Assembly: GCA_020725175.1 (NCBI GenBank)
Contig: DYFM01000005.1
Span: 1,855-65,854 of the forward strand
Source: Candidatus Paceibacter sp.
GTDB taxonomy: Bacteria > Patescibacteriota > Patescibacteriia > Magasanikbacterales > UBA922
DNA length: 64,000 bases
Direction of reading: 5' to 3'
Below the pieces are notes generated by a model, which was not told where the DNA came from, ran no database searches, and saw only the letters and a program-made list of their open reading frames with translations. Shown here piece by piece: positions 36,536 through 47,035 of the stretch. The position numbers were made by a program, and so were the translations under genes. The first letter of the stretch is position 1; each line of letters starts with the position of its first letter.

Positions 36536-39178
36536 TTATTTCTTATTTATCTCAATTTTATTTTTCTTAATTCCAACGGTCACCGTATCGCCTTCAGCAA
36601 TAGTTCCTTCCACAATTTGGAGTGCCAGCGCATCAAGGAGCTCATGCTGAATAACCCGTTTCAATGGCCGTGCACCTAGGTTTGGATCATAGCCTTTTTT
36701 AGAAAGCCATTCCTTTGCCTTGTCCGTAACTTCAAGTACAATACGTTTTTCATGCATACGGCGATAGACTTGCTCCAGTTGGGTATCGACAATTTGACGA
36801 ATTTGTTTTTCTGTCAGCGGATGAAATACAATAATTTCATCAATTCGATTCAAAAATTCCGGTTTAAAATTTTCTCGAAGAGCTTCCATTACCCGAGAAC
36901 TGATTTTTTCTTCTCGTTTTGCTTTGGTGATAGTATCACTTTTTTCTGCAAATCCAAATTCACCCTTTCGTCCGAGTTGCATGATCATGTCACTCGCAAT
37001 ATTACTGGTCATGATAATAACCGTATTTTTGAAATTTACTTTTCTTCCTTTTGCGTCAGTCAAATGTCCATCTTCGAGAATCTGCAACATGATATTGAAT
37101 ACATCCGGATGGGCTTTTTCCACTTCATCAAACAAAACAACTGAATATGGTTTGCGGCGAATAACTTCAGTAAGCTGTCCACCCTCCTCATAGCCAACAT
37201 ATCCCGGTGGAGAACCAATAATTTTACTGGCCGTATGTTTTTCCATGTATTCAGACATATCCACCCGAACCAAAGCATTTTCATCGTTGAACATGAATTC
37301 AGCCAGAGTTTTAGCAAGTTCAGTTTTCCCTACACCAGTCGGGCCAAGAAAGATAAATGAACCAATCGGTCGTTTTTCCTCAGAAATACCGGCTCGTGAA
37401 CGGCGAATAGCATTTGCTACCGCTTTGATTGCTTCTTCTTGCCCAATAACTCGTTTGGCAAGTACACATTCTAAATGGGCAAGCTTACGTGTCTCATCCT
37501 CAAGCATTTTTTGAACCGGAATTCCAGTCCAACGCGCAACTACTCGCGCAATATCTTCTTCTGTCACTTCTTCCTTGAGAATCGCACGCTTACCTTGGAG
37601 TTCAGACAGTTTCTTTTCGTCCTGAGCAATTTGACGTTCCAATTCCGGAATGCGAGCATAGCGAATTTCAGCAACTTTTTGCAGATCTCCTTTTCGTTCT
37701 TCTATGTCAGCCTGCTGTTTCAGCTTGTCAATTTCTTTTTTTGCTTCCCGAATCTTGGTAATAATTTCTTTCTCGTGTTTCCAATGTACTTCTAGTTCGT
37801 TGCTTTGTTCTTTCAGATCTGCCAGTTCTTTGGAAAGCTTAGATTTCCGTTCCTCCGCCTCCGGATCATTTTCTTTTTTGAGCGCTCTTAGTTCAATCTC
37901 GGTTTTCATGATTCTTCGTTTCAGATGATCTAGGTCATCCGGCATAGATTCTATCTCCATTCGAATCGCAGAGGTTGCTTCATCAATAAGATCGATTGCT
38001 TTGTCAGGAAGAAATCGGTCGGTAATATAACGACTCGCCAATTTTACCGCAGAAACCACTGCTGAGTCAGTAATACGTACCCCGTGGTGTACTTCATATT
38101 TTTCTTTAATTCCACGAAGTATTGCGACAGCATCATCTTCACTTGGTTCTTTCACCATGACTGGCTGAAAACGGCGTTCAAAAGCCGCGTCTTTTTCAAT
38201 ATACTTCTGATATTCTTTGATGGTTGTCGCGCCAATAGTACGAAGTTCTCCACGGGCAAGTGCCGGCTTCAACATGTTTGACGCGTCTACCGCACCTTCA
38301 GAACTTCCAGCACCAATAATAGTATGAAGTTCGTCAATAAAAAGAATGATTTTTCCTTTGGAATTGGTTACTTCTTTCAATACAGCTTTTAGTCGTTCTT
38401 CAAACTCACCACGAAATTTTGTTCCGGCCACCAGTGCACCTATATCCAATCCTACCAATTCTTTTCCCTGTAAACTTTCCGGCACATCACCTTTGACAAT
38501 TCGTTGTGCCAACCCTTCTACAATGGCTGTTTTTCCAACACCTGGTTCACCAATAAGAACTGGATTATTCTTAGTTCTTCGGGTCAACACTTGCATAACC
38601 CGCCGAATTTCATCGTCTCGTCCGATCACTGGATCAAGTTTTTCCTTGCGAGCCATTTCAGTAAAATTTTGACCATACTTTTCAAGCGATTGATAGGTTG
38701 ATTCCGGAGTAGGGGAACTGACTTTTTGTGAACCACGAACTCCTGCCAATACTTTTAACACCATATCATAATCTATTCCTTCAGAAAGGAGCATGTCGCT
38801 AATGGGGTTTTTATTACTGAGAAAGGCCAGGAGAAGATGTTCAACACTTATATAGTCATCACCCATTTTTTTCGATTCTTGTTGAGCGTTTTTTAAAATA
38901 TACATGGCCCCTTGTCCCATAAGAACTTGCCCCATAGCGCCCGGACTCATACCAAACTGTCGAGGGAGCACATTCATCAGTGATTCAACGTCACCTTTAA
39001 GCTGATCAAGGTTTACGTTTAATTTTTGAAAAACTGCAATAACCACACCATCCTGTTGCTCCAATAGAGCGGCAAACAAGTGTGGCGGCTCTATCTGTGG
39101 CTGTCCATGATCGTTGGCGATTTCTTGAGCCCGCTGAATTGCTTCTTGTGATTTTTGGGTAAAATTTTGTGGATTCAT
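36536..39178 (-). CDS. clpB: ATP-dependent chaperone ClpB
   Basis: Clp N-domain, two AAA+ modules (GEPGVGKT and GPTGVGKT) and a long middle coiled coil; 880 aa. Confidence 0.9.
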   Translation of the reverse strand: MNPQNFTQKSQEAIQRAQEIANDHGQPQIEPPHLFAALLEQQDGVVIAVFQKLNVNLDQLKGDVESLMNVLPRQFGMSPGAMGQVLMGQGAMYILKNAQQESKKMGDDYISVEHLLLAFLSNKNPISDMLLSEGIDYDMVLKVLAGVRGSQKVSSPTPESTYQSLEKYGQNFTEMARKEKLDPVIGRDDEIRRVMQVLTRRTKNNPVLIGEPGVGKTAIVEGLAQRIVKGDVPESLQGKELVGLDIGALVAGTKFRGEFEERLKAVLKEVTNSKGKIILFIDELHTIIGAGSSEGAVDASNMLKPALARGELRTIGATTIKEYQKYIEKDAAFERRFQPVMVKEPSEDDAVAILRGIKEKYEVHHGVRITDSAVVSAVKLASRYITDRFLPDKAIDLIDEATSAIRMEIESMPDDLDHLKRRIMKTEIELRALKKENDPEAEERKSKLSKELADLKEQSNELEVHWKHEKEIITKIREAKKEIDKLKQQADIEERKGDLQKVAEIRYARIPELERQIAQDEKKLSELQGKRAILKEEVTEEDIARVVARWTGIPVQKMLEDETRKLAHLECVLAKRVIGQEEAIKAVANAIRRSRAGISEEKRPIGSFIFLGPTGVGKTELAKTLAEFMFNDENALVRVDMSEYMEKHTASKIIGSPPGYVGYEEGGQLTEVIRRKPYSVVLFDEVEKAHPDVFNIMLQILEDGHLTDAKGRKVNFKNTVIIMTSNIASDMIMQLGRKGEFGFAEKSDTITKAKREEKISSRVMEALRENFKPEFLNRIDEIIVFHPLTEKQIRQIVDTQLEQVYRRMHEKRIVLEVTDKAKEWLSKKGYDPNLGARPLKRVIQHELLDALALQIVEGTIAEGDTVTVGIKKNKIEINKK

Positions 39179-39237
39179 AATGTGTATTTAAAAGACAAAA
39201 TTGACTATTTTCTCAATCAAACTGTCCGAAGAGGATT

Positions 39238-39262
39238 ATCACTCTAATATAGAGAGTGCTAA
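39238..39262. promoter_or_regulatory. CIRCE-like inverted repeat (HrcA operator) upstream of clpB
   Basis: On the clpB strand it reads TTAGCACTC-TCTATATTA-GAGTGAT, compared with the consensus TTAGCACTC-N9-GAGTGCTAA. One half is perfect and the other matches 7 of 9. It is 60-85 bp upstream of the clpB start. Confidence 0.5.
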
Positions 39263-39348
39263 TACTATACCATACTGGAAATTGTTGTCAATATATGTTA
39301 AAGTTACGTATACTATAACAAATTTTTCAGTTACTGTGGAAAAAAATT

Positions 39349-39909
39349 ATGAAACATCGGGTTTTTGTTTCATTTCCAATACCAGAAGAAATCCAGGAGG
39401 AGCTCGCACTGTTCCAGCTTCAACTAAAGAAAAAAATCGGGGATAGAGAAATAAAATGGGTAAAAAAGCACCAATTTCACATTACCGGAGTATTTATCGG
39501 CAATATTCTCGACGTACAAGTCCATACTATTGAATCTGTCTTGCTAGATATAGGACAAACGTTTACGCCACTCTTCTTCCGTGCCAATTCTATTACATAT
39601 TTTCCTCACAGAAGTAAGCCGAAACTCCTCGTGATAGACATGAAGGATATGAATGGAGTGGGTGAAAAAATGGTAAAAACAATAAAAAAACAATTACGGA
39701 TAAACAATTTTTCTATGAACGACACAGCTTGGCGACCACACGTGACGCTCGGAAGAGTAAAACAAGAACTAGAAATACTCCCAGCACCTAAACTTCTTTT
39801 AGAGACTAAACTCGAGTGGCCAGTCAATACCATTGAACTTGTGAAAAGTACGCTCACTCCCTGTGGCCCTGTATATGAAGCACTTTTTATCGGTAAACTA
39901 AATCAATAA
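39349..39909 (+). CDS. thpR: RNA 2',3'-cyclic phosphodiesterase (2H phosphoesterase, LigT/ThpR)
   Basis: Two H-x-T/S-x motifs (HITGVF and HVTLGRV) and a ~185-aa length. Confidence 0.7.
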   Translation: MKHRVFVSFPIPEEIQEELALFQLQLKKKIGDREIKWVKKHQFHITGVFIGNILDVQVHTIESVLLDIGQTFTPLFFRANSITYFPHRSKPKLLVIDMKDMNGVGEKMVKTIKKQLRINNFSMNDTAWRPHVTLGRVKQELEILPAPKLLLETKLEWPVNTIELVKSTLTPCGPVYEALFIGKLNQ

Positions 39910-39926
39910 GTTTATTTGTACCGACT

Positions 39927-40754
39927 ATGCCAATATCACGGTGTGAAACAGTTTTAGGTGTTCGGGTTGACTCTGCTTCTGCAGCTGATTTTTTACATAT
40001 AGTTGAAAATCATATTTCCAGTGCTCACAGGAGTAATCCTTGTGTTATCTTTACTCCAAATCCGGAAATGCTAGTTGCCAGTACAAAAGATACTTATTTT
40101 CAAGACGTACTAAATGAAGCCTCAATTAATCTCTGCGACGGATTCGGAACTGTATTGCTATATAAGGTATTATACCCGCGCAAGAAAAAAATTCAAAGAG
40201 TTACCGGAACAGACTTCATGCTTTCAATTTGTCAAATGGCCGCGTCCCTAGGTAAAACAGTGTACTTTCTAGGCAGTGGCCAGCAAGCTGTGCTGCAGCA
40301 AACTGTGGCCTACTTCAAAAAACACGTGCCAGGTCTTGCTATTGCTGGCTCACATCCAGGAATTTCAATTAGTATTGTAGAAAAAAAAGTTTATGGCTTG
40401 AGACGACGTGTGCTTGAAATGAACGAAACCGCGCACGATGAAATGATTCATGATATAATACTCAGAGCTCCGGATATATTGTTTGTCGCATTTGGACACG
40501 AAAAACAGGAAAAGTGGGTTATTGAAACTATCAAACATTTACCAAGCGTACAGGTAGTCATGGGAGTAGGCGGTGCCTTTGATTTTTACAGCGGAACAAT
40601 ACGACGAGCGCCACGGTTGCTCCAGTTACTCGGGCTCGAATGGTTTTGGAGAGGTATCCTCCAACCAGCTCGTTTCCGAAGAATCTTTACAGCAACTGTA
40701 CTATTTTCATTCCTAATGATTAAAGAACGATATACCAGTACTAAACATACTTAG
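39927..40754 (+). CDS. WecB/TagA/CpsF-family glycosyltransferase
   Basis: Family pattern VLGV.VD ... FTPNPE ... DG.G. Confidence 0.7.
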   Translation: MPISRCETVLGVRVDSASAADFLHIVENHISSAHRSNPCVIFTPNPEMLVASTKDTYFQDVLNEASINLCDGFGTVLLYKVLYPRKKKIQRVTGTDFMLSICQMAASLGKTVYFLGSGQQAVLQQTVAYFKKHVPGLAIAGSHPGISISIVEKKVYGLRRRVLEMNETAHDEMIHDIILRAPDILFVAFGHEKQEKWVIETIKHLPSVQVVMGVGGAFDFYSGTIRRAPRLLQLLGLEWFWRGILQPARFRRIFTATVLFSFLMIKERYTSTKHT

Positions 40755-40764
40755 TAAAACATAT

Positions 40765-41526
40765 ATGCTCACAAATACCATGAAACAACACGTGACAAAG
40801 CTGCAACAGAAGAAGTATCGATACGAATTTCAAGAATTTATTATTGAAGGAAAAAAAGCAATAGATGAAGCATTCCAAAACACAGCAAAATTGACTACAA
40901 TTTTTATTCAAGAAGAAAAATCAGAATCTGAAGAATTTGATCAGGTTATTCAACGTGCAAAAAAAGAGCATATACCAGTCTACTTTGTTAGTAAAAAAGA
41001 TATTAAAGATATTAAAACCACATCAACGTATCCTGGCATATCGGCAATCGTTACTTTTCAGCCGCAAACATTGGCAACTATCACACAAAACACACCGATA
41101 ATTGTACTTGACAGTATCAATGACCCCGGGAACCTGGGTACTATTATTCGCACTGCGGATTGGTTTGGATTTACTACTATTCTTTTGTCAGAAAATTGTG
41201 TCGACCCGTACAATGAAAAAGTGGTACGATCGACCATGGGCTCTATATTTCACATGAACCTTATTCAGAGTACAAATATTGTTCAGGATGTCGCCCTGTT
41301 AAAACAAAAGAAATACAAAGCCTATGGCTTCACTATGAAGGGTAAAAACATCAAAGGCTTGAAAAAAAGTAAGAAATCTGTTTATATATTTGGCAGTGAA
41401 TCGCACGGAATTCAGGAGGACCTACTTCCTCTCTGTAATGGATTATATTCAATTCCTGGTAAAGGAAAAGCTGAATCATTGAACGTGGCTGTATCGGCGG
41501 CGGTTGTAATGTATAAAGTAGTGTAG
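40765..41526 (+). CDS. TrmH/SpoU-family RNA 2'-O-methyltransferase
   Basis: SpoU motifs LDSINDPGNLGTIIRTADWFG and GSESHG, plus an N-terminal substrate-binding domain. Confidence 0.75.
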   Translation: MLTNTMKQHVTKLQQKKYRYEFQEFIIEGKKAIDEAFQNTAKLTTIFIQEEKSESEEFDQVIQRAKKEHIPVYFVSKKDIKDIKTTSTYPGISAIVTFQPQTLATITQNTPIIVLDSINDPGNLGTIIRTADWFGFTTILLSENCVDPYNEKVVRSTMGSIFHMNLIQSTNIVQDVALLKQKKYKAYGFTMKGKNIKGLKKSKKSVYIFGSESHGIQEDLLPLCNGLYSIPGKGKAESLNVAVSAAVVMYKVV

Positions 41527-41559
41527 TTATTCATTATTTATTCAGAATCGTAATGTTAT

Positions 41560-43038
41560 ATGATAAAGACCAGAATCGCCCCAAGTCCAACCGGTTTTCT
41601 ACACGTCGGCAATCTTCGCACGGCCTTATTTTGCTACTTATACGCCAAAAAGAACCAAGGTCAATTTTTTATTAGAGTTGAAGACACTGATCGAGAGCGT
41701 TTGGTAGAAGGAGCAATTGAAAATATGCTTCAGTCATTGCATTGGGTAGGTATTATTCCGGATGAAGGGGTTGATTATGACGGACAAAAAGTTATTCAAA
41801 AAGGGGATAAAGGACCTTATGTCCAATCGGAGAGATTGGATATATATCAAACTTATATCAACCAGCTTATTCAGCAAAAAGACGCTTACCATTGTTTTTG
41901 TAGTCGAGAGCGTTTGGAAGAATTACGTAAAGTCCAGGAGTTGAATAAGCAGCCGGTTGGTTACGATGGTCATTGTCGATCTCTTGCTTCGGAATTTGTG
42001 GAGGAGCAGTTAAATAATAAAACACCATTTGTTATTCGCATGAAAATGCCCAAAGAAGGTACAACCACTTTTACAGATTTGGTTCGTGGAGATGTTACTT
42101 TTGAAAACAAACTTGTCGATGATCAGGTACTAATGAAAACAGACGGATTTCCCACATATCATTTTGCGGTGGTGGTTGATGATCATCTTATGGGAACCAG
42201 CCATGTTATGCGTGGAGAAGAGTGGATTTCTTCGACACCTAAACACATCACTCTTTATAAAATGTTTGGCTGGGAGGCTCCACAGTTTGCTCACTTATCA
42301 CTTTTGGTAAATGAAGAAAAGAAAAAACTGAGCAAGCGACACGGTGATGTATTTGTGAATGATTTTAAGGAAAAAGGCTACCTACCGGAAGCTTTGTTGA
42401 ATTTTATCGCTTTTCTGGGCTGGAATCCAGGTACTGATCAGGAAATTTTCTCTCTCGATGAACTTATCGCCAATTTTGATTTTTCAAAAGTTTCCAAAGC
42501 ACCGGCAGTTTTCAACCGAGAAAAATTAAACTGGTTCAACAAGCAATACTTGACCGTGATGAGTGACGATACATTGGTGGATAGGGCCTTACCATTTTTT
42601 ATAAATTCCGGACTATTATCTTCTCCTAAACAATACCCAAAACAATGGCTTTCTCGAGTAGTTTCACTGGAAAAAACTCGTTCAGCTACATTGGTGGAAT
42701 TGGTGGAACATGTTTCGTTCATCTTTGCCGATTCACTTGTCTACGATTCGGAGTTGCTAGTATGGAAAAAAAGTACTGCTGAAGATGCTAAAGAAAAACT
42801 AGTACAACTATCAAATCTTTTGACTACTTTTTCTGATCAAGAATGGAACAAGGGAGATCTTGAAACTAAAGTTCTCACCTGGATTAAAGAAAATGAATTT
42901 GGAGTTGGAGATGTTTTATGGCCCACTCGAGTTGCCCTATCCGGACAAAAAAATTCCCCCGGACCCTTTGAGATTATGGATGTATTGGGGAAGGAAAAAA
43001 CTCTATCTCGCCTGAACCAAGCCATTTCCTTGCTATAA
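41560..43038 (+). CDS. gltX: Glutamate--tRNA ligase
   Basis: RIAPSPTGFLHVGN (HIGH) and KLSKR (KMSKS) motifs; 492 aa. Confidence 0.9.
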   Translation: MIKTRIAPSPTGFLHVGNLRTALFCYLYAKKNQGQFFIRVEDTDRERLVEGAIENMLQSLHWVGIIPDEGVDYDGQKVIQKGDKGPYVQSERLDIYQTYINQLIQQKDAYHCFCSRERLEELRKVQELNKQPVGYDGHCRSLASEFVEEQLNNKTPFVIRMKMPKEGTTTFTDLVRGDVTFENKLVDDQVLMKTDGFPTYHFAVVVDDHLMGTSHVMRGEEWISSTPKHITLYKMFGWEAPQFAHLSLLVNEEKKKLSKRHGDVFVNDFKEKGYLPEALLNFIAFLGWNPGTDQEIFSLDELIANFDFSKVSKAPAVFNREKLNWFNKQYLTVMSDDTLVDRALPFFINSGLLSSPKQYPKQWLSRVVSLEKTRSATLVELVEHVSFIFADSLVYDSELLVWKKSTAEDAKEKLVQLSNLLTTFSDQEWNKGDLETKVLTWIKENEFGVGDVLWPTRVALSGQKNSPGPFEIMDVLGKEKTLSRLNQAISLL

Positions 43039-43043
43039 TATGT

Positions 43044-43295
43044 ATGTTGGTTAGAAGAAAACATGACCTTCTTTCAAAAGAAAAACGTGAAGTAGTCATT
43101 GAAAAAATTATTAGCTATTTTCATACCGAAAGAAACGAAACTATCGGTATTATAGCAGCCGGAGAATTTTTAGACATGCTACTACAAATGATTGCGGAAG
43201 ATATTTACAACCTCGCCATTGAGGATGCGAAAGTAACAGTAAAACAATCCTTTGAAAATCTGGAAGTAAACTTGGGTCTTTTGCTAAATAAGTAA
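43044..43295 (+). CDS. Hypothetical small protein (DUF2164-like)
   Basis: 83 aa, starting 6 nt after the gltX stop. Confidence 0.35.
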   Translation: MLVRRKHDLLSKEKREVVIEKIISYFHTERNETIGIIAAGEFLDMLLQMIAEDIYNLAIEDAKVTVKQSFENLEVNLGLLLNK

Positions 43296-43371
43296 GCATC
43301 ACTCTCCCTATTTTATCAACACCAAACAACCTTTCTCAAACCCTCGACATATGCTATACTAAACATAGCAT

Positions 43372-44616
43372 ATGAAACGTTTCTTCGTAATACTTCTCAT
43401 TATTAGCATCGGCGCCGCGAGTCAGCCGTTTTTTGCGTATACCACGACACCCGCTACCGGAGGTACACAAGAGGAAATTAACTCGCTTAATAAAGAAATA
43501 GAAGCTAAAAAAGCCAAGATAAAGCAAATTGAAGAGACTATTTCTGCTTACAAAAAGAAGATTGAAGAAAAACGCACAGAAGCAGTTTCTATTTCCAACC
43601 AACTTGCCATTCTTGATAATCGAATAGCTCAGGTAGAACTTGATATTGAAGCAACTACCGCTACTCTTGAGGCAATTGAACTTGAGATCAAGCAACTACA
43701 GCTTTCTATCAACGAAAAACAACAGATTGTAGATAAACAAAAAGACATGCTCGGCGAGTTAGTTCGACTCCTTCACTACCAACAATCAAAGAAAACCATT
43801 GAAGTGTTGGCAGCATACGACAGTTTTTCAGAATTTTATACCACAGTTCAACACCTAGAAAATCTGGAGCGCAATCTAGGAAAACAAGCAAAAATGATTC
43901 GCCTTGCCAAAGAAGAATTGGAAACAAAACGAACCGAACAAGAAAAACGTCGTGAGTCATACAAAGAACTAACAGCTAAGCTTGAAAAGCAAAAAGAAGA
44001 CCTTGATCACCGAATTGACGGAAAAGAAGTGCTTCTAGCTGCCGCCCAATCATCCGAGTTGGAATATAAGACTGTTGTTAATAGTCTTAAAAAGCAATAC
44101 CAGGCAGTTGAAGGGGAAATTTCCACTATTGAGCGGCAAGTACGACAAAAACTTGAATCAGAAAAGAAAATCACCAAAGAACCGGAATCCCCAACCGGTG
44201 AGGTCATTCTTTCCTGGCCGGTAAATAGCCGGTATGTTACCGCCTATTTTTACGATCCATCTTACCCATATCGAAACGTCTTTGAACATAATGCCATCGA
44301 TATCGCAGTTGGGCAGGGGACAACGGTACGTGCGGCAGCCAGTGGCTATGTAGCTAGAGCCAAACGTTGTACTACCGCATCATGCTATGCCTATGTTATG
44401 ATTGTGCATTCTGGTGGCATTTCTACTGTTTATGGTCATTTGAGTCGAATTGATGTAGCTGAAGATCAGTTTGTAACTCGCGGTGATGTGATCGGTCTTT
44501 CCGGTGCCAGACCGGGTACTATTGGTGCCGGCCCTTTCACTACCGGTCCACATCTTCATTTTGAAACTCGTAAAAATGGTATTCCGGTGAATCCGTTGAA
44601 TTATTTAGAAAAATAG
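43372..44616 (+). CDS. M23-family peptidoglycan metalloendopeptidase with an N-terminal coiled coil (EnvC-like)
   Basis: Signal peptide, long coiled coil, and a C-terminal M23 domain (HLHFETRKNG, H.H). Confidence 0.8.
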   Translation: MKRFFVILLIISIGAASQPFFAYTTTPATGGTQEEINSLNKEIEAKKAKIKQIEETISAYKKKIEEKRTEAVSISNQLAILDNRIAQVELDIEATTATLEAIELEIKQLQLSINEKQQIVDKQKDMLGELVRLLHYQQSKKTIEVLAAYDSFSEFYTTVQHLENLERNLGKQAKMIRLAKEELETKRTEQEKRRESYKELTAKLEKQKEDLDHRIDGKEVLLAAAQSSELEYKTVVNSLKKQYQAVEGEISTIERQVRQKLESEKKITKEPESPTGEVILSWPVNSRYVTAYFYDPSYPYRNVFEHNAIDIAVGQGTTVRAAASGYVARAKRCTTASCYAYVMIVHSGGISTVYGHLSRIDVAEDQFVTRGDVIGLSGARPGTIGAGPFTTGPHLHFETRKNGIPVNPLNYLEK

Positions 44617-44664
44617 TAGCTCTCACAAACAACAGACTATTATTAGTCATGTTGAACAAGTAAA

Positions 44665-44742
44665 CAGACCGCGAATGAAACGGATTAAACAAAATGCAAC
44701 GAATTCGTTTTTATCTATCTAATCTGTTTCATTCGCGGTCTA
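44665..44742. repeat. Palindromic element agaccgcgaatgaaacggat ... atctgtttcattcgcggtct; AACGGAT-core family
   Basis: A 20-bp near-perfect inverted repeat around a ~38-bp core that contains AACGAATTCGTT. Confidence 0.5.
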
Positions 44743-44781
44743 TTTTGCTTCATAGCTATATAACTAAAAAATTATCTAAAA

Positions 44782-44806
44782 CTACACCAATTTGTGTAGT
44801 TTTTTC
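44782..44806 (+). terminator. Rho-independent terminator after the M23 peptidase gene
   Basis: ctacaccaatttgtgtagttttttc. Confidence 0.55.
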
Positions 44807-44824
44807 TTTGTGGATAACCCACCT

Positions 44825-44853
44825 TTGACAAGAGAACAAATGTTCTCTATACT
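44825..44853 (+). promoter_or_regulatory. Near-consensus sigma-70 promoter (TTGACA-17-TATACT) with an embedded LexA/Cheo-type SOS box
   Basis: The 17-bp spacer is the palindrome AGAGAACAAATGTTCTCT, which contains GAAC-N4-GTTC. It is about 160 bp upstream of the LexA-like gene. Confidence 0.55.
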
Positions 44854-44896
44854 ACAGACATCTTCTACCGCGGGAGGAGGAGAGAGGAGTATGTCT

Positions 44897-44982
44897 GAAC
44901 TTACGAATTGAGTACGAACATACGAAGTAAAATTATCGTTTTGTTCGTAGTTCGTACGTTCGTATTTACTGTTCGTAAGTTC
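44897..44982. repeat. Long imperfect palindrome rich in TACGAA/TTCGTA words in the lexA leader
   Basis: The outer arms gaacttacgaa (44897-44907) and ttcgtaagttc (44972-44982) are exact reverse complements, and the inner arms pair as tacgaac.tacgaa. Confidence 0.5.
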
Positions 44983-45014
44983 GAATACATATTGAATTTT
45001 AAACTAAATATAAT

Positions 45015-45593
45015 ATGACAGCTGACCTATATAACCAGCGTAAAGAAGAGTTGGTCCAATATTACAAAAAATACAAACAACTCCCAACCTACGATGAATT
45101 GGTTGAGTTGTTTCATCTGCGTTCCAAAGGATCACTACACAAATACATTCAAAAATTTATTGATGATGAACTGATTGGAAAAAGTGATACTGGCAAACTT
45201 ATTCCAACAACAAAATTGTACGGACTGAGGGTACTTGGCTCTGTACAAGCCGGGTTCCCAACCGCCGCCGAAGAAGAAGATGTAGATACCATGAGTCTTG
45301 ATGAGTACCTTATTGGCAATCCGCAAGCTAGTTTCATGCTTACTGTTTCCGGAGACTCGATGATTGACGCCGGAATCATGGAAGGAGACATGGTGATTGT
45401 GGATCGAGGGAGAGTGCCAAAAAGTGGTGATATCGTTGTTGCCGAAGTCGATCATGACTGGACTCTCAAATACTTTATCAAACGTGGTAGCACTCTGTTT
45501 CTAAGAGCTGCCAATAAAAAATACCCAGACATTCATCCACAAGAAGAACTCAAAATTGGAGGGGTAGTCACAAGCGTCATTCGCAAATACTAA
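45015..45593 (+). CDS. lexA: LexA-like repressor (winged-helix N-domain plus S24 peptidase domain)
   Basis: VSGDSM (catalytic Ser) and a downstream Lys in IKRG, a GD.VVAEV beta-strand pattern, and an N-terminal DNA-binding-like domain. 192 aa is LexA-sized rather than UmuD-sized. Confidence 0.7.
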   Translation: MTADLYNQRKEELVQYYKKYKQLPTYDELVELFHLRSKGSLHKYIQKFIDDELIGKSDTGKLIPTTKLYGLRVLGSVQAGFPTAAEEEDVDTMSLDEYLIGNPQASFMLTVSGDSMIDAGIMEGDMVIVDRGRVPKSGDIVVAEVDHDWTLKYFIKRGSTLFLRAANKKYPDIHPQEELKIGGVVTSVIRKY

Positions 45594-45688
45594 CCAACTT
45601 CTTAGAAAAAAAAGAAATCTACCTATTTTTTATAGCTCATTTTTTCGACCTCAAATAACAAAATAAACCATCTCTAACACCTACACAT

Positions 45689-47014
45689 ATGAAACACACC
45701 ACCCACAATCACCGCATGATTTTACATGTTGACGCTGATGCTTTTTTTGCTAGCTGTACCCAAGCCACTCATGTAACGTATCAAGGCAAGCCCTTGGTAA
45801 CCGGTCGAGATAGGGGGATGGTAATAGCGGTAAGTTATGAAGCAAAAGCTCGTGGAGTGCGACGCGGTATGTTGATCAGTGAGGCAAAAAAAATCTGTCC
45901 AGAGCTTATTGCGGTAGAAAGTGATTACGAAACGTACAGCCTTTTTTCCAGACGTTTGTTTGCTATTTTACGTCGATACACCTCGGAGGTAGAGGAGTAT
46001 AGTGTTGATGAAGCATTTCTAGATATTACTGGACTACGCAAACCACTCAAAATGAGTTATGAAAAAATAGCAAAAGATATTCAAAAAACTATCAAACAAG
46101 AACTCAACATCACTGTCTCGGTTGGTCTTGCACCTACCAAAGTACTGGCAAAAGTGGCCTCAAACAAAAACAAACCATACGGATTTGTGAAAATCAGCAA
46201 CTTTTCTATTGAAAAATATCTAAAAAGTTTACCAGTACATGAAATTTGGGGAGTAGGTAATAATACCGCCAGTTATATGAACAAACTGGGAATTTTTACC
46301 GCCCTTGACTTTGTTCGCATATCACCTGAATCTGTCATATATAATTTCACCAAACCACACCAAGAAATTTGGCGTGAGTTGCAAGGAGAGTTGGTCTATC
46401 CGGTTATTACCGAAGAAAAAACCAGTTACGCCTCTATATCAAAAACTCGCACTTTTAGCCCAGCAAGTAGCAATAAAACCACTGTATACGCCGAACTCAT
46501 TCGCAATTTAGAAGGGGCTTGTAGTAAAGCACGCTTCCATGGTCTAGTTGCCAAACGCATTACTATCTTCTTAAAAACACAACAATTTACCACTGTCGCT
46601 CTTGAAGCTTGCCTGACTCGCGCTTCTGCCTATCCAAAAGATATTACTGCTATTGCACACCAGCTGTTCGACTCACTTTACAAGAATACGGTACAGTACC
46701 GAGCTACCGGTATTGTACTATCGGATTTACAAGAAAATACCTCTATCCAACAATCTCTTTTTGAATCTCCGGTGGAGTTGCAACGTCTTCAGCATGTATA
46801 CGATGCAGTTGACAATCTTACCAGAAAATTTGGCTCAAAAACCATTCATCTGGCTGCCAGCATGAAACCAAAAGCCACACCATTATCACCTGTAAAGACT
46901 GTTCGTGAAATGAAAGAAGAAAAAGAACTAGCTTTTTCTGAATGGCTAAAAAATGGCGGTATTTTAGGCAATAAACACTTGAACATTCCGCAATTATTTG
47001 GTACGATGGGGTAG
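45689..47014 (+). CDS. Y-family translesion DNA polymerase (DinB/UmuC-like)
   Basis: ILHVDADAFFASC, SVDEAFLDITG, and thumb/little-finger domains; 441 aa. Confidence 0.8.
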   Translation: MKHTTHNHRMILHVDADAFFASCTQATHVTYQGKPLVTGRDRGMVIAVSYEAKARGVRRGMLISEAKKICPELIAVESDYETYSLFSRRLFAILRRYTSEVEEYSVDEAFLDITGLRKPLKMSYEKIAKDIQKTIKQELNITVSVGLAPTKVLAKVASNKNKPYGFVKISNFSIEKYLKSLPVHEIWGVGNNTASYMNKLGIFTALDFVRISPESVIYNFTKPHQEIWRELQGELVYPVITEEKTSYASISKTRTFSPASSNKTTVYAELIRNLEGACSKARFHGLVAKRITIFLKTQQFTTVALEACLTRASAYPKDITAIAHQLFDSLYKNTVQYRATGIVLSDLQENTSIQQSLFESPVELQRLQHVYDAVDNLTRKFGSKTIHLAASMKPKATPLSPVKTVREMKEEKELAFSEWLKNGGILGNKHLNIPQLFGTMG

Positions 47015-47035
47015 TAAAAAGATATTTTATATCCT

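Noticed and set aside
36752-38701. Multiple plus-strand ORFs (65-130 aa) opposite clpB
   Set aside because: clpB is unambiguous (AAA+ motifs across 880 aa). The antisense ORFs are low-complexity.
44881-44900. 6-codon mini-ORF (MSELTN) after a GGAGG in the lexA leader, as a leader peptide
   Set aside because: It is too short to assess and lies within the long TACGAA palindrome, which more plausibly acts as a DNA or RNA structure.
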